Assembly (NCBI GenBank): GCA_013265495.1
Contig: MU057584.1
Location: 1 to 64,000, forward strand
Source: Vicugna vicugna
Taxonomy: Eukaryota
DNA length: 64,000 bases
Direction of reading: 5' to 3'
In this document: one piece after another, positions 54,980 through 64,000 of the stretch
Numbering within the stretch: position 1 is the stretch's first letter
Layout of the letters: every line of letters begins with the position of its first letter
Translations under genes and position numbers: made by a program
Notes under the pieces: model-generated
What the model saw: only the letters and a program-made list of their open reading frames with translations
What the model was told of the DNA's origin: nothing
Databases searched by the model: none

Positions 54980-55039
54980 ATGCCTTCTCAGGACTCTGCC
55001 CTTCCACAGAGGGAACGGGAGGAAGTGATCGAGTTTCAG
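54980..55039 (+). CDS. ZNF227: ZNF227 first coding exon, MPSQDSALPQREREEVIEFQ
   Basis: Bounded by ccccag|ttATG and TTTCAG|gtgagt; 60 nt, phase 0. Resembles the recalled human N-terminus MPSQNYDLPQKKQEKMTKFQ. Confidence 0.82.
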
Positions 55040-55679
55040 GTGAGTGAGGCATGGCTTTCCATCCCCTAACGTGGGACTTTGCTTCTCAGAGATGAGGCAC
55101 GTCTTTTTTCTCTGCCTTAGAAAGGCGAATGGAACACAGCAGATCTGGAGAGCCTGTTGTCTGCCAGACTGTGTGCGCGCGCATGTGTATGTTTGTTTTT
55201 ATCGTCTTTATTATTTCACAAAGCAATCTTTGAAAATAATTAGAGAAATCTGAAGTCGGCAAAAATAATTCACAGTACAGCTCTGCTCACAAACTAGCTC
55301 TTTTCGCTTTCCTATATTCTTTTTTCACATGCGTTCACAGTTGCATATTTGCATTATTAGAGTCAATGGGATATACTTACAAACGTTAGATAAAGGCTTA
55401 CTGTCTCTAATTCTTATTAAAATTAGTGAGATAAAGTAAGACCCAATTGGAATATGAGTGAAAGAAGTGAATGAGTGTCATAAAAAAGGAAAATAAATTC
55501 ATGAGGAAAATACTGATCATTAATACCTAAATGTGTGCAAACGTTAATAAAAGCTCTCTGTTTTTTTATTTCACTTAAGATTGCTGAAGATTTCTTTAAA
55601 AAGGGACGTGTGTCTTGTTTAGCCAGTCTAGAGATTCAGGAACATTTGTGCTCTCACATGCAAGATGAATTGGGAAAGT

Positions 55680-55788
55680 CCCCCCCGCCTTTTTAAATAT
55701 TTCCCCTTAACAGAGGCCCTGGGGACTGAACCCAGGACCTCGTGCATGCCAAGCATGTGCTGTACCACTGAGCTATACCCTACCCCCA
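55680..55788 (-). mobile_element. tRNA-derived SINE (Vic-1-like)
   Basis: ggggactgaacccaggacctcgtgcatgccaagcatgtgctgtaccactgagctataccc. Confidence 0.85.
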
Positions 55789-56353
55789 AGGAAAGCCTTT
55801 TGAGAGGGAGATATGCCACTATGGTTTCAAAACTTTTAAAGTGCATATTTTGTGACTTTGCAGTTGCTACCACTTGGCTAAGGTCTCTGTAAAAGGATCT
55901 TTGCAGCATTGATGATACATAAAAATCTGTAACTGATTATACCTTATTTGGATTGAGTGAAGCTAAATCGCCGGTTCTAAAGAATACTATACTGTGCAGT
56001 TCACAGAATGGAGTGAAAGATGATCATGACGTGACTTGCTCAGATGTGTGAGTGCTTGTTACGTGCCAGGCACCGTTCTGAGTGCTTTACGTGTACTCAC
56101 TCATCTAACTCTTCCAAACACCTTGTGGTTTAGACGCTGTTGTAGAAGAGGAAATGGAGACAGTGAGAGGTTAAGGAATTTGCCAAGAGTCCTGTCATTA
56201 AAACCTTGACATTTGAGCTCAGCCTGTGTCCTCACCAGGTGTGCATGCAGTGGATACAGCTCGTGCCTCAGAAACACAAAGGAGGAGCTAGGTGCCTGTC
56301 CTGGAGGGTGGCTGAGGGCCTGGGAGCTTTGCCAACATTAAAAACAGTGATGG

Positions 56354-56496
56354 AGTGGGGAGGGTATAGTTCAGTGGTAGAGCGTGTGCCTAGGATGGCA
56401 AGGTCCTGGGGTCAATCCTCATTACCTCCATTAAAGATAAATAAATAAAAACCTAATTACCACCCCACTGAAAAATAATTTTAAAATTAAAAAAAT
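56354..56496 (+). mobile_element. tRNA-derived SINE (Vic-1-like)
   Basis: ggggagggtatagttcagtggtagagcg...aaacctaattac plus an A-tail. TSD aaaacagtgatgg at 56341 and 56497. Confidence 0.88.
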
Positions 56497-56657
56497 AAAA
56501 CAGTGATGGGGGAGGCAGGGAGGGAACATCACTATCACCGAGAGGGACAGTTTTTGGGACTAAGAACTGCATGGAGACCTCCTAATTGGTAACAATTTTG
56601 GGGGAAATCTTTATCCTTCTCAGTGCTGCCCTTCTTCCAGTGGGGTTGTACAATTGA

Positions 56658-56822
<165 letters not shown>

Positions 56823-56949
56823 TGAATCCCAGCCGCCTTGAGATCTCTGGTCCTCAGTTGTTCAAAGCTTTGGACTTTTTGAAAGGGCTCCCTGACCTTG
56901 AAGACACAAATCTTTCTAATCCATAGATTTTTCTGGTCCCTCTCTGCTC

Positions 56950-57160
56950 AGGCAGAGTTCTGTTCAGGGGTGATTTTGCCTCCCTGGGAACACTTGACAA
57001 CGTCTGGAGACAGTTTGGATTGTCACAGCTGAGGGTGGGGTGCTACTGGCATCTAGTGGCTAGTGATGCCGTTGACGTTCCGGCAGTGCCCGGGACAAGC
57101 CCCACCACGGAGCAGCAGCCAGTCCGGACTAGCAGTAGCGCCTCTGCTTAAATGAACTGT
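56950..57160. mobile_element. MER20 hAT DNA transposon
   Basis: ggggtgattttgcctccctgggaacacttgacaacgtctggagacagtttggattgtcacag...gtgctactggcatctagtgg. Confidence 0.8.
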
Positions 57161-57576
57161 AAACGGGCAGCCTAGTTTCTCTACTTTGTCTTGCAAATAC
57201 TTTCATGGGTCATGGAGTCCACTGAGTACATTGTACTGGCGTTACTTTCTTTGGTTGAATCAAATAGAATAAAATAGAAAAAGAATAGAAAGGATCAGCA
57301 TTCCTTCTTAAGACCTCACGTTGCAGCAAAACTGACCATTAGCAGTACTTGGTGGGAGGGTGTGGGGACTATGATGAAAGCAGGCAATTCTGGCTAAATC
57401 TGATTTGATCTCTTATTTGAACGTGAACTAGGTCATAACTTGAATTTATTTCTTATTGCAATTCATAGTCAAAAAGTTCTTAAAATATCACTTGAGAGGC
57501 CTGAGGGTTATAGAACTTGGACCGAAGTCTGTATGAGCCATGTATTCATCTGAAATGCGTGTCTGTCTTTTCAAAG

Positions 57577-57672
57577 GACATCTTCCCTTCAAACCAGATA
57601 TGGTGTCCCAGCTGGAGGCAGAAGAAGAGCTTTGGATGACGGAACGAGAAACGCAAAGAAACGGGTGTTCCG
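57577..57672 (+). CDS. ZNF227: ZNF227 KRAB-B exon (96 bp)
   Basis: Bounded by tcaaag|GA and TCCG|gtgag. Encodes GHLPFKPDMVSQLEAEEELWMTERETQRNGCS. Confidence 0.9.
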
Positions 57673-58784
57673 GTGAGAACCGCGCTGCCGTTCTTTCAGG
57701 TACTTGCCCACCCGCGTCTCACCGCGCCCACGACGTGGTTATCACCCTTGTCCAGGCACTGTCGTCTCTTCCCTGGACTCTGACAGCTGCCTCCACGCTG
57801 GTCTCCGTGCTTCTGCCTTTGCCCTCCTTCTTCTTTCACTTCTAGTAGCCAGAGTGGTTCTTTAGAACACCGTTCCTCTGTCCCAACCCTCCCAAGGCTC
57901 CCCGTTTCACTCACAGTCCTACGTGATCTGGCCTCCTCACCAGGTTCCTCTTGGCTCTCCCATCCTTTCACCCTTGTGGGGATCATTCCTGCCATCCTGG
58001 CCACTCAGTGTTCGCCTCTGTTTCCTGGCTTTGGACTAGCTCTCCCCTCTGCCTCGGTGTGCAGGTCCCTGGCCACGCCCTTACTCACTTGGGTCTTTGC
58101 TCAGATTTCATGTCATCAGACAGGCCGTCTGCGTCTGCCCCAGGTGAAATATTGTCCTCTCTCCACTCTCTGTCCTCTCTCCACTCTGCCTTCTGAGCCC
58201 TGATCACCTCGTGCCCTGGTAACCTATTTTTGTTCACTTGTTCATCACCCGTCTCCCCATGAAAGTAGGAGTTTGGGCAGTTTGATTTGCTGTCAAGGTT
58301 TCTGTTCCTGATCTGAATGAGTATAACTTGGAGACAGTAGCCTTCTTGAATAGTTAGCGCCTTTGTTGGATGTATTGAGAGAACCCAGATTGGTTGGAGA
58401 GATGGCAGCAGTTCTCGGATGTAGATTCAGGACTTGGAGAATCTGTTACTCATCGTATTATTTGAAATAAGTCACTTTCCTGTATGCCTTGGTGAATACA
58501 TTTTAAGTTTTCTAGTACATGCTGGGGGAAAAAAGGCCTCTGATGGTCTGTTTGCATAGTAGGTGCTTAACACATACTTGTGGGATGAATAAATTGTTTT
58601 AAAAGTTACTCCTGTTTTGAGCAGAAATGAGGACTCTCCTGACAGCTCCTCCTAACCTGTGAGCCCCGCCTGCCCTCTCCGTGGCGAGCACCTCATCCAG
58701 GTCCCCAGCGGCCGTCTCACTGCTCTGCCTTGGCTTTCAGTGCCCTGTTGCCCTGCCTTCTCTCAGTTCTTCACTTTTTAACTT

Positions 58785-59165
58785 CACTTTATTTATTTAT
58801 TCATTTATTTATTTTTTATTGTAGTATAGTTGGTTTATAATGTGTTAGTTTCTGGTGTACAGCGTAATGATTCAGTCATGCATGCATGTATATATTCCTT
58901 TTCATATTGTTTTTCATTATAGGCGATTGCAAGGTATTGAATATAGTTCCCTGTGCTGTACAGTAGGACTTTATTATTTATCTATTTTGTATATTGTGTG
59001 TGTATCTGCAAATCTCGAACTACCAGTTTATCCCTCCACCCTCCCCTTCGCCCCGCCAGTAACCATAAGTTTATTTCCTATGTCTTTGAGTCTCTGTTTT
59101 GTAACTCAGTTCGTTTGTATCTTTTTATTAGATTCAACAAATAACTGATATCATATAGTATTTAC
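58785..59165 (-). mobile_element. L1 3'-end fragment
   Basis: (ttta)n tail followed by L1 3'UTR. A + strand L1 tail also lies at about 59990-60160. Confidence 0.82.
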
Positions 59166-60494
59166 CTCACTTTTTTACTCCTTTCCTTTTTCTCCACGTC
59201 TTTCTTTTCTCTTTGCATATTCTGCAGTTCTACCCATTTAAAAATATCAGCTCTTCCTAGGGAGTGTAAATTTATATACTCTCCCTGTCTGAAAAACAAA
59301 GCAGAGATGCTTCTCTGCAAATGTGATGGATTAGGCCCTGAATTCTGTGAGTAGGCGGTGGATACAATTCGTCTGCTCCTGTCCGTCTCCCTTCTTGTGT
59401 GTGTACATGAGATGTGCACTTGGTGTATTCAGGAATGTGAGACACTTGCTTCACTTTACCGAGGCTCATCTTCATAGGCAAACTGAACCTCAGGAATCGT
59501 GATTCTACGTATTGTCACGTTTCAGTTTGGTGTGGTAGACCAAGTCTCTCTTTGAATAACTCTGGTAGCTTTTTCTGCTGCCCTTTCTGAAGGGTTTTTT
59601 TTTGACCTCCTCAACATCAGTGTGTTTCTGGGTTTTGCAACCATGCTCCATGTTCAAATGCTACCTAAAATACTCTTTGTAGGTCGCCTGAGCGCAAATT
59701 GAAGGGCTTGTTTATGTAAGAATTCTTGAAACCCGAAACCCTGCAGATCACAGAGACAAGAGGATCTCATGTCTCTGTTACCTCTAGCGATGGCTCCTGG
59801 GCTTAGAGCACACGAGTGTGATTAAATGGATAATTTCAGAACTTTGTCTTCCAGTGAACTTGTAACGTAATTATGATCTTTTAGACATCTTCAAATAAGT
59901 AAAGATTCACACTTACTAACCATAGAAGATAAAAGCTGTTTACAGTTATCAGAACGTATAACTACATTATCAAAAATTATCAATACCACGGAATAGAGCA
60001 TCAAAGTCCTACTGGGTAGCACAGAGAACTATGTTGTTCAGTGGCTTGCAGTAACCTGTGATGAAAAAGAACATATTTACATATATACCTGAATCACTGT
60101 GCTGTATACCAGAAATTAATACAATATTGTAAATCAACTATATTTCAACAAAAAATTTACAAAAGTTACCAACACCAATATGCCAGGCATTACAATTCAT
60201 CGGTTCTCAGGTAGCAATTTCAAGTCAGCTGCTTATGTGAAAACTGCCTCATCTGTGCGGCTGGTGTCCCACTGGTACCTCAGCACCCAGGACCTAAGCA
60301 GTCATGTAACATACACGGTAGCTCTGCGTAGATTCCGATTGGATATTTCCAGAAGTCAAAAGGCACTGGCATATGTGGAGATGAAGAGTCCTGGGTAGGA
60401 AAGAAAATTACAGAATTTCTAAATAAGTTCTCCAGTGTAACTTGCATCCTAGTGGTATTAACTAGTTGATGTCACAGGTGACACAAGAAGCCTG

Positions 60495-61075
60495 TTACAT
60501 GTTGCAGAGCGTTCTGATCCCAAACCTCCAAGATTCACCCCAACTTTACAGATTAAGGGCACAGTCCTCCACAAGACTGCCCTCCAAGACTTCAGGCGCC
60601 AGCTGGGGTTCCCTTCTGACCCAGCTGGCTATAGATTTGTGGGTTCTGATGATAGTTGGCTAGAATGGCTGACAGAAGTCAGGGAAGTGCTCTGCTTAGA
60701 GTTAACCATTTCATTATAGCAAACAGTACAAATTGGAACTGGCAAAAGGAAGATGCATAGGGTGAGGTCTGGGAGAGTTCCCTCCCTTCTGCCTCTTGTA
60801 AGGACCCTTGTGATCAGTTTGGGCCCATCCAGAGAATCCAGGGTAACCTCATCTCAAGATCCTCAAAGCACTCAAATCTGAAGTCCCTTTTGCATGTTAA
60901 CTTACAGTTAATTAACTGGACAATTAATATGTTAATTGTATAATTAGCTGTACAATTAATATGTTAATCACACAGTTAACTGCACAATAAATATGTTAAT
61001 TGTACATTGACGTAGTCACAGGTTCCAGGGAATAGGGCATGGGCATCCTGAGGGCATTGGATTCGCCTGCCTCAC
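60495..61075. mobile_element. MER21-like and MLT1-like LTR fragments
   Basis: ttaagggcacagtcctccacaagactgccc is MER21-like. aaggacccttgtgat...gggcccatccagagaatccagggtaacctc...aagtcccttttgc...cacaggttccaggga is MLT1-like. Confidence 0.65.
60905..61005. repeat. AT-rich palindromic minisatellite, about 3 copies with a 32-bp period
   Basis: acaat(t/a)aatatgttaat recurs at 60920, 60952 and 60984. Confidence 0.8.
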
Positions 61076-62374
61076 CCAGAAACTTGCACGTACCTGTTGA
61101 GACTGTTTCAGTGTGTATTTGAATGTAACTTTCCGTTTAAGCAAATGAAACATTAAGGACTTGGTACCCCCATCCATACTTTAAGCCAGTGGCTTCCATG
61201 CATTTTTAACTATGCCCCTCAATAAGGAATACTTTACATCTCACCCCAACATAAATACAATGTATGGGCATATTTGTGTGTGTGTCTACAGCTGAAACAA
61301 GCATCTCCTATAGTGGTACCCTTTCCACTTGTAATGCACACTTCATGTTTGTATTCTTTTAATTTTTCTTTTCATGTGTCACAAGGTCGGGAGTGGGTTT
61401 CACAGTTCACTCATACATGCCAGCAAGTTAAAAAAATTCTGTCACATCGGGGCTAAAGCAATGAAGAAGACAAAGGGCATGTCTTCCTCGTGTCTTTTCC
61501 ATTCTGATGGGTCTAAAAAGACGAGCACAAATGAGGAAGGCTGGAGGGAAGCAGAGAATAAGTGCTGCAGGGAAAAGTAAAGCAGAGTAAGGCAGAGGGG
61601 AAGGTGAAGGTGTGCGCAGCTGGGGAGGAATGACTTTCTGCTGGGTGAGGAGGACGCCCCCCCCCTTGACTGACATGTGCGTAGAGAGACCTGCAGGGAG
61701 TGAGAGGAAGGGCCAGCTTTGCAGCCCTCTGGGAGGAAGCTTTCCCAGCGGAAGATGACTCTTCCCTCTCTCCCACTTCAGGGCTGCCTTTGAGAATCTG
61801 GACGGTGCCCTGTTTCTTTCCTTTGCCCAAGTGCTTTCTTAGCCACAGAAGATGAGTTTTTCCCTTTTCCACTTCTTTCAACAGAGACCTAAATTACTAC
61901 CAGGTTTAGAACAATGCATATAATTATTCCAACCACTTCCCAAGTTTTCTCTGGGAATATCCTATCTACGAGGACCTAAAATACCTTCGTAGGCCCATAG
62001 CCTGAGCTTTTGGGACCTAACTGGGTAGAAGCCCACTTGTCCTAAGCCTGCTGAGGAGAAAGTGAGTAGGCTTTTCATTGATGTTGCTGTAGGCTGGAAT
62101 GTGGGTTGTCTTGGTTTCAGCCTTAGAGCCCAGGTATTAAACTGTTAGACTTACAGTTCTCAGTGGGTCACATGTACAGAAGAGTCTGTTGACTTCATTC
62201 TTTGCTTCCACTTGTACAGAAAAACATAACAAAACGATAAATGGTGTTATACAGACATGTCCCTTCCCCTGGCCTATTAAGGCCTTATCTCCTGGCCTAA
62301 GTGTGAAATCCTGATACTGATACTGAACAAAGCATTTACTTGTCCTGGTCTCTGAATATTGCCTTTTCTCATAG

Positions 62375-64000
62375 GCAACAGGAATCAAAATGAGATGGAG
62401 AATCTGCGAAAAGTTGCATTAAAATACATTTCATGGGAAGAGCCATCCTGCTGGCAAATCTGGAAACAGGTTGCAAGTGATTTAACCAGGGGTCTTTACT
62501 GGAAGAGTTCCCCATTTCTACAGGGCGATTCTGTTCAGGTTTCTGAAAATGGGAACCATGTAATGAATTGTAAAGGAGATAACTCCATTTGCCTTGAAAA
62601 TCAAGAGTTTTTGGTGTCGAGAACACAGGATTCTCGTGTGAACACCTACCTGAGCGAGGCACAGAATCAGAGTAGAGCTGAGCACATCAACAGGAAAAAT
62701 GACCTGCGTGTGTGTGAAGGCTTCATGAGGAAACCACCACTCAGTGAGCCCGCTGAGACTGACATGGACCAGAAACCCTCCAAACATAACGGATGTGGCA
62801 GGAGCCTTGGTGACAGCTTCACTCGGCACTGCCCCTTAGGAGAGAGGCTCCTTCCATGCAGAGAGTGTGGGAAAGGCTTCAGTCATCACTCTGTGCTGCC
62901 AGCTCGCCAGAATGTTCACACAGGAGAGCGATGGCCCCGTCAGAGCTCACACCTTCAGACATGTCTGAGGATTCCCCGAGGAGAGAAAGTCGATGAATGT
63001 CATGAATCAGGTGACTGTTTCAGTAAGACGTCTTTTTATCCTCATCAGTCTCATCATATGGGAGAGAAGTCCTATCGGTGTGGCAGTTGTGGCAAAGGGT
63101 TCAGTAGCAGCACAGGGCTTACCGTCCACTACAGAACGCACACGGGAGAGAAGCCTTACAAATGTGCAGAGTGTGGTAAATGCTTCAGTCAGAGTTCAAA
63201 TTTTCAGTGCCATCAGAGAGTCCACACAGAAGAAAAACCATACAAATGTGAAGAGTGTGGGAAGGGCTTCGGCTGGAGCGTTAATCTTCGCGTTCATCAG
63301 AGGGTCCACAGGGGTGAGAAACCCTATAAATGTGGAGAGTGTGGGAAGGGTTTCACTCAGGCCGCACATTATCACATCCATCGGCGGGTCCATACTGGGG
63401 AGAAACCTTACAAATGTGATGTCTGTGGCAAGGGCTTCAGTCACAATTCCCCTTTAATATGCCACCGGAGGGTCCACACCGGAGAGAAACCCTACAAATG
63501 TGAGGTGTGTGGGAAAGGCTTCACCCGGAATACCGATCTTCACATCCATTTGAGAGTCCACACGGGAGAGAAGCCCTACAAATGTAAGGAGTGCGGGAAG
63601 GGCTTCAGTCAGGCTTCCAATCTTCAGGTCCATCAGAACGTCCACACTGGGGAGAAACGATTCAAATGCGAAACGTGTGGGAAGGGCTTCAGCCAGTCGT
63701 CAAAGCTTCAGACCCATCAGAGAGTCCACACCGGAGAGAAGCCATACAAATGTGATGTGTGTGGTAAGGACTTCAGTTACAGTTCAAATCTCAAACTGCA
63801 CCAAGTGATCCACACCGGAGAAAAACCATATAAATGCGAGGAGTGCGGGAAGGGCTTCAGCTGGAGGTCAAATCTTCACGCACATCAGAGAGTCCACTCA
63901 GGAGAGAAACCCTACAGATGTAAGGAGTGTGATAAGGGCTTCAGTCAGGCCATAGATTTTCGGGTCCATCAGAGAGTCCACACTGGAGAGAAACCCTACA
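62375..64000 (+). CDS. ZNF227: ZNF227 spacer and finger exon, open to the window end (11 intact fingers visible)
   Basis: Acceptor ttctcatag|GC, then the frame [18 protein letters not shown]. Fingers SSSTGL, SQSSNF, GWSVNL, TQAAHY, SHNSPL, TRNTDL, SYSSNL and SQAIDF match human ZNF227 as recalled. Absent from the ORF track because no stop codon lies within the window. Confidence 0.92.

Noticed and set aside
56950..57160. MER20 as a pregnancy-related regulatory element
   Set aside because: The family is known for this role, but nothing in this diverged intronic copy indicates function.

Overview
This is mammalian genomic DNA, very likely from a camelid, judging by six tRNA-derived SINEs of the Vic-1 type. 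It holds part of a tandem KRAB-C2H2 zinc-finger gene cluster corresponding to human 19q13.31. All genes are on the + strand, in this order: ZNF45 (5' exons outside the window), a frameshifted orphan finger exon, ZNF234, ZNF226 and ZNF227 (3' end runs off the window). Exon boundaries were read from AG/GT sites and phase continuity. Gene names rest on my recollection of the human proteins, not on a database search. Four paralogous CpG-rich promoters serve three genes and share a ZNF143-site/ETS-site module at near-fixed spacing. The rest is L1, ERVL, solo LTRs, SINEs, MIR, L2 and DNA-transposon remnants; repeat boundaries and subfamily names are approximate. I found no prokaryotic features and no wholly new gene system. 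The strongest unusual signal is interrupted gene conversion between the ZNF234 and ZNF226 finger arrays: three 100%-identical tracts (137, 224 and 257 bp) broken around the DNA-recognition helices that distinguish the two paralogues.
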